From assembly GCF_009914755.1 (NCBI RefSeq), contig NC_060936.1: a stretch of DNA of 64,000 nt; one strand, 5' to 3'. This DNA is from the human T2T-CHM13v2.0 reference genome, Homo sapiens. This document shows positions 44,190-57,947 of this stretch, piece by piece (within the stretch, counting starts at the first letter, position 1; each line of letters starts with the position of its first letter). Below the pieces are notes generated by a model. That model had not been told where the DNA came from, did no database searches, and saw only the letters and a list, made by a program, of their open reading frames with translations. The position numbers and the translations under genes were made by a program.

Positions 44190-45330
44190 TTGCTTATTAG
44201 ATTGGCAGAAGTAAAATTGTTGATGAAATGCCATAGTGATAACAGGAAAACAATCACTCCCAAACACTGTGGATCACATACATTTGTACAGCTTTTTCAG
44301 AGGCAACTTGGCATTATCTAGAAAAATTAAAAATAGACATTGTAGCTGTCATTATTAGGAATTTATCCTGCACATAAGATCACACACATGTGCAAAGATA
44401 TGTTGATTCCAGGATATATACACGGTCTTGTAGTTCTGATAAAAACAGGTCAGAAACAACCTAAGTATCCATCTCAAGAGAAGACTGGTAAATACATCCT
44501 CTGTACCACAGGATGCTTTGTGGCTGCTAATCAGAACACAGCAGACCTTCTTACACTCAGAGTGAAAGGCTCAGTGGTGACAGGAGCCTTGAAAGTGCAA
44601 CAAAGTGGCAAAGCCACACAGGATCTGCTGCACTCCCCACCCTGACCTCACTCACGCTGTGTTCCCCTCTCTTGCCTCACTCCAGCCGCACTGGCCTTCT
44701 GCTCCTCAAATGTGACAGGTACCCTCCCAACTTGGTCTTGGTGCTGCCCTCCTCCTCTTGGAACACCCTTCCCCCTGAGATTCACCTGTAACTAACCCCC
44801 TTGAATCCTTCAAGATATTGAGCAAACCTCACCTTCTTAATGAGGTCTACTCTGAGCACCCTATTTGTGATGGAAACTGCCCCCCAACACAGAATTTTAC
44901 TTTTTCTTTTTATTCACAGTACCTATGACTTTCTAACACACTTGCTATATAATTTACTTACTTAGATGTTTATCATCTATCTCTTGCCTCTAAAATATAG
45001 TCTTTGAAGGCAGGGGTGTTGAACAGTTCTGTTTACTGATGTAACCAAGTCCCAAGAAAAGTGTGTGGCACATAGTAGGTTGTCAATAAGCATTTGTTGA
45101 ATTGAATGGACCACACATATATGTACACATACATGCAGATGCACATGCATGCATACCTACACACACACGAACACACACTTTACCTGAGTACAGAATAACT
45201 CCAAAAAGTATGTAAGAAATTGTGTTTGACTTTGAGAAGAAAGACTAAAGAAGGGAAGATCAGAAGCATGCAGAAATACAGGAAGTCTTATTTGCCAATG
45301 TTTACCCTATTATATGTTATTACTTTCTTT
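44190..45330 (+). mobile_element. L1ME4-like 3' region interrupted by L2a
   Basis: tattagattggcagaa...gaggcaacttggca...taggaatttatcct...gaaacaacctaagtatccatc; tail resumes after 45117. Confidence 0.65.
44621..45110 (+). mobile_element. L2a 3' end
   Basis: ctccagccgcactggccttct...tcaccttcttaatgagg...ggcacatagtagg...catttgttgaattgaatg. Confidence 0.85.
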
Positions 45331-45351
45331 CTCCCTCCTTCCCTCCCTCTC

Positions 45352-45672
45352 TCAGTGTAATCCATTATAGTAGCCACTAGCCACTCATAGCTAATGAGCA
45401 CTTGAAACACGCTAGTCCACATCAAAATGAACTGTAAAATACACACCAAATTTTGAAGAATAATATAAAGAAAGCAAAATACCTTACTAATAATTTTTAT
45501 GTGGATTGCATGGTAAAATTATACTATTTGCAATATACTGGTATAATAAAATACATCATTAGAGTTAATTTCACCTGTTTCTTTTGGCATTTTAAAATGT
45601 GGCTACAGTAGAATATACAATCATATATGCAGCTTGAATTTGTGATTTGTATTATATTTCTATTGAACAATA
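45352..45672. mobile_element. MER33, opposite orientation to the 8932 copy
   Basis: gtagccactagccac...gagcacttgaaa...ttaatttcacctgtttc...atgtggctac...attatatttctattg. Confidence 0.85.
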
Positions 45673-45727
45673 AAACGATCTCTCCAAAAAGAAATTTTAC
45701 ACACACACACACAGACATATTATTAAA

Positions 45728-45905
45728 AGTGGCAAAAAGACTCTGAAGTTAGATAGATAGGCAGTCATGAACTAAAAACCAGCTTTGCTTTTACTTAACT
45801 TCTCTGAGCCTTAGTTTCCTTTGCCAGTAAATGGGGATATGATCCCCTACAATATTATAGTAGAAATTAAAGGAGATAAATGCATATAAGATACTTGCTA
45901 CATAA
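45728..45905 (+). mobile_element. MIR SINE
   Basis: ttacttaacttctctgagccttagtttcct...gtaaatggggata. Confidence 0.75.
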
Positions 45906-47056
45906 ACGTAAACCATATAATGGTACAGTGCTGGATTTGTTTCTAGAGGAAATAGTGTATAAAGCTACTATAAAACCATGAGCCCTACCACCAAGCAAGC
46001 AGTAAGACAGTGTCGTTTTTCTGCATGTTTGTGTAGCCCGTGTTACCTATGACAAAAAAAGAATGTAAAGACACCCTATAAAGAAACAAATCTTGCACAG
46101 AAAAACACAAACTGGAGTCAAATGAAGAAATGAATAATTTAATTTTCAGTGTAGTGCTGGAGGTGCTCCAATCTATGACATTTCTATATGTAAACAGTCT
46201 GATATATTCGATACGTGCAAAATTGCTCAGTAGTAAAAACTTTAGTAGACATAGGAAAGGGAAAGGGGAATCAATGGAAAGCTGTGGAGCTTGTACCAAC
46301 ACTGTCCAGATGTGACAGGTGATCAAGATACGAAGGAGAAGTCTGAACTGACCTCACCTCTAGCCAAAATTTGAAAATGTGAGGAAGAACTCTATCCCGT
46401 TAATGTGAGATTAAGAGAAGAACACATTAGCTGGCCACATAGCTTTGGGAGCACTTTTCCCCAAAAAGAGAAATTCAAAGAAAAGATGGAGAAATCAGAA
46501 AACCGGCTCAATAAAGATGAAGTGCTATACTTCAGGAAAATGTCTTTGTTAACATATAATTTCAAGGAGAAAAACTGAAATCAGATTTAAGTTGCCCAAG
46601 GACAATTTGTCTTTCCTATTCCAGGTCAATATGGCAGGTTTTCAAATTAAGCTGGACTTTACTATCTGACAAACCACAAGACATCAAACAGAATAATAAG
46701 AACCTCTTGAAAATAAAAATCATGTGTAATGTAGTGTAGCATTTATTTTAGTGGCTGAATTTATTTTAATGGCTTTAGAAATGATTTTAGTTCTGTATTC
46801 AAAAAAAACCATTAAGAGTCACTTAAATTTTTCAGTTACACTTTACTGCATTTTATGGGGTAGATTTTATGTTATAATACTGGTGAATTTGTGGATACAA
46901 GAAGACCTTCTGGGCATATTCCTCATGAATGTCACACGTTTATTGTATCAAAGAATATTAAACATGGAAACACTTCTTAGTAAGCTGAGGTTCACAAGAC
47001 AAAGCAGCTTAGAGATCATAATGATAGTTATCATACAATCGGGAAACCTGGATTAG

Positions 47057-47460
47057 TCATTCACTTTTCATTCGTTCATTCAACCTACTAATATTTATTG
47101 AACATCTGTGTAACAGGTACTGGGAATACAGTGTTGAACAAGACAGACAACATTCCATACATAATAGTGTTTTGGGGGGACCCAGTAAACAAGTAATATC
47201 ACATAATATGTGCAGTAGTGAAAATAAAATGGAATAATGTGGTAGAGAATGATGGGGAAGCTACTGTAGACAGGAAGGTCAAGTCTGAGGACATGGCATT
47301 TAAAATGATATTTGCATATTAAGAAGTGGTCAGCCACATGACTATATTCAGGAAGTACATTCCAATTGAAAGGCCCTAAAGCAAAGTTAAAGAACATAAA
47401 AATTAGTGTGGTGAATGTATCAGGAGGCAGGGAAGGAGCGGGAGATATGGAGTGGGATTT
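47057..47460 (-). mobile_element. L2a 3' region
   Basis: cattcgttcattcaac...atatttattgaacatct...tactgggaatacagtgttgaacaagacagac. Confidence 0.8.
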
Positions 47461-47474
47461 CATTTGGGGTGTAC

Positions 47475-48010
47475 TTGGGTAAGATGTTGGTGGTAGTGGC
47501 AGCATAATTTGAGGTTTTCCCAAGTCCCCACATAAAAACAGAGCAACTAGTTGGTCAAAACCCTAAGGACAACACATACATCAAACCCGGAGATGATGTA
47601 TCTCACAAACTCCAAATTATAAGCAAGTGAGGACAAGCTACCAAGAAGAGCAGGAATCAGTGTTTGTGCAAGAGAAAGCAGAGAGAAGCAAGCAGGCATC
47701 TGATGGATGCGGGAACAGGAGAACCTCCAAATAGTCAGCAGGTGTTCACTAGAGAGTGTTACATGCCAGTTTGGTAACAGTGGTTGAAAATACCCAAGTC
47801 AAAGCCAGTGAGGGCTATGGGCTCACGGCAAGACCCAAGGGGCCATGTCTGTAGCAGTCTTGCCCCTGTGAACTCTTGAATCTGACCAGGTGGGCTCCCT
47901 TCCAGGACAGGACCCCATATTGAGGAGAAACTGCTGGGAGTGGAATCAAAATTAATCAGGACAGGAACAACAGCAATGGAGGAAAGAGAAGATCCAGATG
48001 AAAGGAAAGG
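47475..48010 (+). mobile_element. HAL1 / old L1M 5' region (tentative)
   Basis: aagatg...ggcagcata start; gaggagaaactgctgggagtggaatcaaaatt motif recalled from HAL1-type consensus. Confidence 0.45.
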
Positions 48011-48011
48011 C

Positions 48012-48525
48012 ATACTTTCCAAAGCAGCATCCCACAATGTCTCCCATGTACTGTTTACAGTGTCACCTTGACACCTTTCCCATTGAGTGATGAGGTCTAT
48101 ATCCTCTCCCTTTGAATCTGGGCTGAATTTTGGGACTTGATCAACAGAGGATGGCAAAAGTGTCTTTATGTGACTTTTAAGGCCAGATCATAAAAATGCC
48201 ATGCACTGCCGCTTTGCCCTCTTGGAATACTCTATCTTGGAACCCAGCTGTCATACTGTGAGAAAGCTCAAACTAGCCCATGCAGAGAAGCCACATGTAG
48301 GTATTCTGGCTCAACTAGAATACCTGCATGTGCTAGAATACCTACAGTTGAGCTGAGGTTTCAGCTAACACTAAGCTGAGGCCCAAGACAGCGTGGAGCA
48401 GGCAAACTGTCTGCTGTGCTCCATCTGAATCCCTGACCCATAAAGGCCAAGAGCATGATAAAATGATTATTGTTCACCACTGAGTTCTAGGGGAGTTTGT
48501 TACCCAGCAGGTAACGGCGATACCA
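48012..48525 (+). mobile_element. MLT1G/H-like MaLR solo LTR
   Basis: cctttgaatctgggctg...tgtgacttttaaggccagatcataaaa...ggaacccagctgtcatactgtgagaaagc...gtttgttacccagca. Confidence 0.8.
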
Positions 48526-48848
48526 CAGTTTTAATTAAATATTCTGTCTCGTGGTAACATTTATAAGGTACACTTACTTTAAAAGTTGTCTTAATTTTTG
48601 GTAAATTATAAAACAAACTCAATCCCAGTGGAAGGGTTCCCCTTTCAAAAGAGTAGCTTAATTGATTGGGGTAGCACAATCAATTTTCCCTTGCTTTCAA
48701 TGGCATCTCTTGCTAGAAAATGCTTCAAAAACTGTGCCAGGGGAAGTCTGTTTTTGTTTTTCCAAATGAAGCAGTGAGGCTTATTTAGGTATCTTTCTTT
48801 CTGTCCTTTTTAAAGTAACTTATTTGCAAATGGTAGAAATTGATTAAG

Positions 48849-49145
48849 TAGAATGACCACATAATTTATCATCCAAACTAGAAAAAATCATCAAAACAGC
48901 TTTATTGAGATACAGTTCATATACCAAAAAAATTACCCAAGCAAAGTATACACAATGTTTTCTTATTACACTCATAGAGTTCTGCAAACATCTCCACAAT
49001 CTAATTTTAGAATTTTTTTCATCTCCCTCTAACCTAGGACAAATTGAAAATGAAAGGAGCACTAATAATAATTATGCAAGAACAATAGGTATGAATTTGG
49101 TATATCCAGAGTCTGTCCAAGGCAAACTGAAGTGAAGCATCACTG
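48849..49145. mobile_element. MER81 (hAT-Blackjack) split by an antisense L1MB/ME 3' end at about 48888-49030
   Basis: tgaccacataatttatcatccaaac | cagctttattgagata...ttttagaattttttt (L1) | gaaaggagcactaataataattatgc...ctgtccaaggcaaactg. Confidence 0.7.
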
Positions 49146-49249
49146 AGGTAGAAGATACAGGTATTGGAGAGAAAGCTGTATAACTTAATTCAAAATAGGA
49201 GGCTGCATGAAGGTTTTAAAACAGATAATCAGAAACCTTCTTAGGTAGG

Positions 49250-49643
49250 GGAAGGGTGTATAAATTGGTATAGCCATTTTTGAAAACTATTTGGCAATAT
49301 CTATCAAAGCTGAACATATGCATGTACTATATGACCTAGCAATTCCACTCCAAAATATACCAATGGAAATGACTACTAACCGTATGATGATTTCATTTAT
49401 ATAAACTTCAAAAACATGCAAAAGTAATCTATAACATTACATTCCAGATCAGGATGGTGGTTAACCTTGGATAAGAATTAGTGACTAGAAGGAGAGGCAT
49501 AAAGGGAATTTTGAGGTGCTGGCTAATGTTCTACTTCTTGATCTGGATGCTGGTACATGGTTATGTTCACTTCTTAAAAATTCATTAAGTTGTACACTTA
49601 GAATCTGTGCACTTTTTATATAAATGTTACACTTCAATAAAAA
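49250..49643 (+). mobile_element. L1ME3-like 3' end
   Basis: atgacctagcaattccactcc...ttcttgatctggatgctgg...aaaattcattaagttgtacactta...ttcaataaaa. Confidence 0.85.
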
Positions 49644-49995
49644 TCCTATATAGAAATGAACAGGTTTGTGTTTGATAAAGAGATATTAGGAATTCGGATT
49701 GAGATCGGATTTTCAAGCCCTCCCAATTAACAGAAAGCTATCTTAAAGAAAGCAATTAAGAGCAGTTAGTGTTCACACAGTAGCAAGTGGTTGTTAATTT
49801 TCTTCTTAACACCTTTCTCTGGAACTGGAGGCAATGAAGTTCCTGGGGAAATAGAAGTGGTGAAAAACAAAAGGTCTTTCCCTGACATAAAGGAATGTTT
49901 AAGTAAAGACTGAAATAATTAACTACCAATTAGAAACGGAGGGGGCTTTTTGTTTTAGTTTGAGTTTTTAAATGCTTCTGCTAACCAGAATAGTA

Positions 49996-50400
49996 TTTTA
50001 GAATTGGAAGTAATTTTCAAGATCATGCAATCAATTTCTTTGACTTCTGGTTATGGAAACTAAGATTCAGAGAACTGATATGATAGCCCCAAATTGCATA
50101 GGTAGTTAGTGACAAAGCTGGGATCAGAACCCAGTACTCTTGACTCATGAAAGATTTTTCCTATTTACAAAGGTAGTTACTCTTACTGCTTGCTATGTAA
50201 CAATCTCTGCCTAAGTTTTCCTATTGCTCTCCTCTCCACAAGAGATGATAGATAGGTATAACAGTTATCTCCATTTTACAGAGAAGGAAACTGAAGATGG
50301 TTAGAGAAGTTAACATACTTTGACAAAATTAAAAATCAGTTAAGTAGAGATGCCAGGATTCTGATCATTTCTCACTCTGGAGTCTGAGATTTTAACCAAG
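49996..50400 (-). mobile_element. Two MIR fragments (about 49996-50146 and 50240-50400)
   Basis: ggaaactaagattcagaga...gttagtgacaaagctggga; ccattttacagagaaggaaactga. Confidence 0.7.
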
Positions 50401-50420
50401 GGGCAATACTGCTTCTTTGA

Positions 50421-50762
<342 letters not shown>

Positions 50763-51639
50763 ACATTGTTTCTTGATTATTATAATGTCATGGGGAAAAA
50801 AAGTGCATAGTTTGTTTCTGTGTCACAGTCCAGTTCTCATTTATTCATATCTGAGAAAAATACATCCATTTGACAATGGCTAACCAGTGGCACCCGCATT
50901 TTCCTCTTGGCAGCAACTTATAAGTGAGGTGGCTGTGCTTAAAGGTCTAGGAGTTAATCAACACTCAGAGAGATGATCTTGCAAACATGACATGCTTTAA
51001 TGATACATCTTTATTTCCTTGGCAATGTTCTTAACAACATTTGATAAGCAGGGTTAAAAATTCATGGCCAACACATCGATTTTACAGTTTTCTTCTTAAG
51101 TATCCACAGATATTTAAGATAAGGTATTCTAAATAGAGTCTAGGTAACCACTTATACCTTAAAGTGCTAAAAAAATACTAGTTTTGAGTTCAATACTATC
51201 TCAAGTATTGAACTCAAGTTTGAGTTCAATATGAAAAAATTCAGATAAGAAATTATATTTGGCAAAAGACAGCTTGCGTTAAGATTTGATTTTCCTCACA
51301 TTCTTTCTAAATATCTAACCTGTAGTAGAACTGAGACATTTAAGAAGTGCAGGCTCATTCATCATGCATTGCAAAATGCATTTCCTTTCAATTCATTCAT
51401 ATTGTAAGACTATCAAGGTTAACAGAAGAACAAAAATGGTATTTACTTTCCATATAATCGTCATAATTTTAAACTTATATAATTAAGAACAGAGGGACAG
51501 CAGGGAAAATGGACGAGAAGGCCTCCAATTTAAGCCAATATTTCCTCTAATTTTTTTTTAAGTTGTAAGTAGATAACTATGTTACATGAAAAGTAAAATA
51601 GGAGGATTGAGCATAAATGATCACTTTATCCAGCTATAC

Positions 51640-52040
51640 CCCAAGGATGATAAATACGTGGCCTACTTTCACTCCCACAGCAGACATCACTAATTGATAG
51701 GGCCTGCTTTCCCAACAAACACAGATTCCTCTGACCTCAGAATTTCCCAATAGTAACATTGATTATCTATTATTTGCACAGCACTGTACTAACCTCTTCA
51801 CATGCATCATTTCATTTTTATAACCTCACAATATCCTAATGAGGTAGGTAATATTATATTCTCTTTTAGAGATGTGGACACTGAGAATCAGGAGTTAGTT
51901 AGCTTAACAGTTGGCAGGGGCTGAGTGGCACTGAAAGCCAGACTCATTTTAATCCAATGTCCATGCTCGTAATGACTACCCTCTAAAGCCAGCTTCCACC
52001 AGTTGACTGCAGTTAGCACCTAATCTATTTGCTATCCTAA
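51640..52040. mobile_element. hAT-Charlie MITE (Charlie15-like) interrupted by an antisense MIR at about 51752-51980
   Basis: gcagacatcactaattgat...cctcagaat | MIR cactgtactaa...atgaggtaggta...actgagaatcag | ctatttgctatcct. Confidence 0.55.
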
Positions 52041-52511
52041 TTTTTATGTTTACATTCCTGCTATAGCATCACTAACCATGGTCACAGGAAAGATGTTACT
52101 GCTTTCAGGAAAAAAAAATCTTTTTTAAAAACTACTCCCTGGTCTTAGCTTTGTTTTTAAGAGTCACACAAAGCATACTCATGGGTTACGCATGTTAGCA
52201 CTATTGTACCTCCAACCTCCTCTCTGTTATTTTTCTATAAAGTCTCGTCTTGAACAGAATAGACACCTTCTGTTCTTTCAGTCAGGCCATATGCACCTTT
52301 CATATGTCTAGTCATTCTTCTCTGGCAGTGCTTCAGTTTGTCCACATCTCCCTGAAGCAAATAACATGTTGCCTGTGAGGTCTGACCAGCCCAGAGTACA
52401 GTAGGACTACCACTACCTTCCGTGTTCTGGCTCTCTTTCTTATCACATCTGAAAGCTGATTTTTAAATCAATTTCATACTCCACTGACTTGTACTGAATA
52501 ATATTTTACTA

Positions 52512-52969
<458 letters not shown>

Positions 52970-53223
52970 AAGAAAAAGGTTGAGGCGATGGAAATATTTC
53001 GGGTGGGAGAGGCTGCAAGTTCCCCATATCAAAATGTGTCCTTTTATTTAAGTAGAATATACTTAGCCAAATGTAGTAAAGTGACCCAATCCAAAATTCT
53101 CTCTTACTCTGCCTGAAATTCCATCATTTAGAGATTCATTTGGGTTAATAAGCAAAAACAAATAAAATAAAGCCAAACAAAACAAAAACTTCATTAATAA
53201 TAACTTGGATTATCAGACAATCA

Positions 53224-53555
<332 letters not shown>

Positions 53556-54888
53556 AGCAATTTGGTTTAGCAAGTGACACTAAGTTTTTGTATTGAAATT
53601 ATAGCTTTTTGAATGGAATAAGGGTTGAGGAAAAGGTGAAGACGACTAGGAATTTGGAGTTGGGGGTAGAAAATCAAAATCATTCTGCTAGATGGATATG
53701 ACAACCACATTTTGCAAAATAAAAATCAATACACATGGTCAGATAGAGGAAAGAGGAATTTGGATTGGCACAGTGGCCACACACATGAGATGCATGGATA
53801 CCACAGAACTTTGTTGGTGGACAGACCTGGAGGGAACAGCACCGTGTCTTACAGCAAACTGCAAGACAGCAGCAGGGCTGGGGACAGCTTCAGGAGGCAA
53901 CTTCACCTTCATGGCCATTCAACCTGAGACTAGTTAGGCTGTTGCTTTCTCTTCCTCCCCAACCCAAACCATGTATCTCTGGTCTCATCCTCAGACACTG
54001 ACTATGGTCTGCTTTTCCCAGCAGCCCCCAGTGCTTTACCCAGTATCTACTGGTGAGCACTCAAGGGTGAATGTTGCTGGAACACCAAATACTCTGCCTG
54101 GGAGGTGCTGCAGCTGGAGGGAGAATGATGAGAGCCTTGGTCTATTGGCTCTCCAGACATACTGACTCCCAAGGGTCCTCACATGACTAGGAAGGGGAGA
54201 AGCCAACAGTCATTATCGAGAGGAGCCTTGAGCAACACCCAGTTTATATGGGACTGCAGGGTGGAAAACAGCACTAAGGCTTAACAAATGATCTTTGCTT
54301 TTGCCACTGACCTAATACAATATAATTTAATCTTAAGAACCATGTAATAATTCTATTTTCTCTCTGAAAAAGAACCACAGCTGACCCTCAGGTCTAATCC
54401 TTTTGATACCTGAAAGTGGGGGTGCAGAGTGGGCGCTGGAGAGGAAGGAGAAGAAATCCAAAACAAAACAACAAGCCAGCTGCTATAAAGCTGTGACTAC
54501 AGCTTATGAGGTTTAAATTTACGCACAAGTAACCTTGGATACCTAGTATTTGACCCCTAAATGGCCCCAGCTGAGCCCAATTACTATCTGTGCACACACA
54601 TCTGTGTTTTCTGTAAGTCAACACAGTAATAAGGCTTTGTTTTCATTCTAAAGCTCCAGACAGATGAACTGAATTCAGTCCTGGGGATGTGTTCTACTAA
54701 CAATTAAAGGTTACACAGAAAGTTTAGGACGTTTGTTTCCAGAAGACACACTCATATTGCAAAACTGTGGCTTAGCTTTTGCTATTGATTTTAAACAATA
54801 TTTAGCAAAAATTCTTACTGAGGAGAATTCTCTTCCCATTTCTGCCATCAAAAGAAGATGTTATCCTGTACATCTTTAAGTCCACCAG

Positions 54889-55273
54889 TGCTATGAGTTG
54901 AATGTCTGTGTCTTCCACTGTGCCCCCTCCCCTGCAAATTCATATGCTGAAATCCTAAACCCTAAGGTGATGATGGTATTAAGAAGTGAAGCCTTGGGGA
55001 GGTGATTAGATCATGAGGGCAGGGCACAGCTTCATGGATGGGATCAGTGCCCTTATAAAAGTGATCCCAGAGTGTTGCCTTGTTCCTTCTGTCATGTAAG
55101 GACACAGCTAGAAGGCACCATCTATGAGCAACAGACCCTCACCCAACACCGAATCTACCTGTGCCTTGATCTTGGAATGCCCAAGCTCCAGAACTATGAG
55201 AAATACATTTCTGTTGTCTATAAGGTACCCAGTCTATAGTATTTTGTTACAGCAGCCTGAATGAACTAAGATA
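54889..55273 (+). mobile_element. MLT1A/A0 MaLR solo LTR
   Basis: tgctatgagttgaatgt...aaattcatatgctgaaatccta...gcccttataaaa...ccttgatcttgga...gcagcctgaatgaactaaga. Confidence 0.9.
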
Positions 55274-55329
55274 CCCCCCAAAAGCAAACTGTATGAGTTA
55301 GAACAGGTAGGGACTTAAAGAGTGACAGA

Positions 55330-55765
55330 AGGGTGCCGTGGGCCTTAGTGATCTGCCTACCATCAGCCAAGGCGCCTTATTGTGGTCACAGCACCTCAAG
55401 GTTTACTTTCCTCCACTCTGAGTTCATATGATTTAGATTTTGGCTTCTGTCACTTTCTCCGGGTTCCAGGGGTGGGGAAGTGACCCAGGATTGGTCAACT
55501 GGAGTATTTCACACACCCCTGCCATAGGGGTGGTCATGGGGCACAAGACAGATTGATAGAATCCATTCAAGACTATTTAGAAAGCAAAGTTGAGTGCCAA
55601 TGGAGAACAGAACAGAATTCTGCTGCACCTACTATCGGGACAACACTGAGACTCTTTTTTGTTAAATACAAAAAACACAAAAATAAAATACTTTTTTTTT
55701 TTTTTAAGCTAAAGCCAGTTTGAGCTGCACTTCTGTAGCTTTCCCTTAAAAAGTCTGGACACAGT
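55330..55765 (+). mobile_element. MLT1K/L-like MaLR LTR
   Basis: ccaggggtggggaagtgacccagg...aagccagtttgagctg. Confidence 0.55.
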
Positions 55766-55837
55766 TGAGGTCAGTCTGCTGGAATTTTATTTCTTTGAGT
55801 TTACTATGGTTGAACAATAATATTTAACATGAATAAG

Positions 55838-56418
55838 GTAGGCAGTATTCGGATGGCCCAAATGATTGAGACCTCCTAGTATCCTCCTAGTGTTGAATAC
55901 TAGGGAGATGTAATCCCTTCCTCATGAGTATAGACTGGACCTAATGACTCTCTTCTAATGAACAGAAGGCTACAGTGATGAGATGTCACTTCTGAAATTA
56001 AATTTAAAAAAAAAAACTGTGTTTTTTTTGTCTTGCATGCCCTTTCTTGCTCTCTCTGGCCCACCTATTCTAAGAGTGACCAGTTGCCTTGTTTGAGCTG
56101 CTCAGTGGAGAGGGGCATTTGCCGGGAGAAAAAGCCCTCACAAAACTGGTATCTCCATACAATAGCCATCTAGAACTTGGATCCTGCCTGCAGCTACGTT
56201 GGTGAGCTTAGAAGGGATCCCTCCCCATTCCAGCCGAGAGATGATTGTAGCCCCAGCCTATACTTTGGTCACAGCCTTCTGAGAGACCATGAACCCGAGT
56301 ATCCAGCTAAGCTGCACCAGTATTCCTGATCCACAGAAACTATGAGAGAAGAAATGTTTGTTTTTTTAAGCTGCCAAATTTTGGGGTAATTTGTCATGCA
56401 GCAAAAGATAACTGATAG
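55838..56418 (+). mobile_element. MLT1F-like MaLR solo LTR
   Basis: ctggacctaatgact...gatgtcacttctga...ccagctaagctgcac...ccacagaaactatgaga...ttttggggtaatttgtcatgcagc. Confidence 0.85.
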
Positions 56419-56761
56419 AAAGGAATTAAACTTAAATAGATTAACAATAAAATACTTATCCTTTGCCTTTGTGTTATGTTTTCCAAGACAACTCTCAATT
56501 ACTTTATTTTTAGGACTTTAAAATGCAATTTCAGTATATTCAAGGTCACAGCATAATTCTATTAGGTTGACAGAATATAGTATTTGAGTAGTAAAATTCT
56601 TTACAAAAAGGCTCACACTTGAAATTCCATTCTAGTTTAGATGAATCTGTTTTACAAATACACATTGAGAACCTGCAATGTTCTAGGCACAGGAGAATTA
56701 AGTCGGATGGGCAGCTTGTTTCAAAGAGCTCTAAGTCCATTCAGGAGAGGAGAAAATCCCA

Positions 56762-56960
56762 TAAGATTTGGAAATAAGTGAATCAGGAGGAATGCCAGTA
56801 TTCACTAGTTGTGTGACACTGGATAAGCCATTTAAATTTTCAGTGCTTTTGTTTTCTCATCTATAAAATGAGGAATAACAGTAACAACAGCTAATTTATC
56901 AACTTATAAGATGGCTAGAAAGACCAAAAAGGACAATGTATGTTATAGCATTGTAAAATT
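56762..56960 (+). mobile_element. MIR SINE (preceded by an antisense L2 tail at about 56645-56750)
   Basis: ctagttgtgtgacactggataag...ttttctcatctataaaatgagg. Confidence 0.75.
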
Positions 56961-57947
56961 TTAAAATAATATAAAATTATAATTATTGCAATGGTTATTA
57001 CCAAAACTATAATATACAAACTTTGCTGTACAAATAGATAAGAATGGTCCATAATTAATTTGCTGTTTACTGTCATGTAAAAAATTTTTTCCATTAACTA
57101 AACATGTCCTTAAATTTGAAATTTGTATTCTAAACATAGCTGTTTTGATCACTCTTTTCAAAACCATGCAATCCGAATTACTTCTCCCTTGAATATAAAA
57201 CTCTCATACTTTCATCTTAATTTATTCTCTGTGACAAGATAGTTACAGTAATTGTTTACAGAAAAACTGAATGAAAATTACAAGGAATATGCAAATTCTA
57301 ATCATTTTGATTAGACCAATTAATAACTTTTATAAGCAGAAAAGTTTCTATCTTATAAAAAGGAGAAAAAATTTTATTTGATGTTAAATTTAAAGTGTTT
57401 AGAGCTACCATTTAGAATCCATTAAATGTTATCATTACTTCTATTGCCTTCTCCACTAAGCTTTAATATAATTTGTGATTCATTAGATAAACATTTTGAG
57501 GTCACTGAAAAACACTTTATTTTCAATATGCCACTGTACTTAAATTTATAATTCTAGTCCAAACAGCAGATCCCTTAATAAAAATGCACCAGCAAGAATA
57601 ACTGATTTCATTTTAGGGAAAAGATATCAACAATAAACTGCTTTGGACTGCGCAATCAATGGTTATTGAATTCTGGACTCCAAGCTAATATTTCCAGCTA
57701 CATAGGTCCTTCAGACTCAAGTTGCCCACTTTGCTTTTAATGAACAAGGTCAGAATCATGAATATAAGTACTATGACATGAACAGAATACTTTACCTCAA
57801 AAAATTTTAGCCTTGAGGCATCGTAAACTGTCAAGTATCTTTCCAGTAGGCCTAAATATTAATATACACTTTAAAGTTGGAGATAGATCTGTCCCTTGAA
57901 ATCCACTATTCTAGTTGTCTACAGTTTGGTGTGAAATAAAATAAAAT

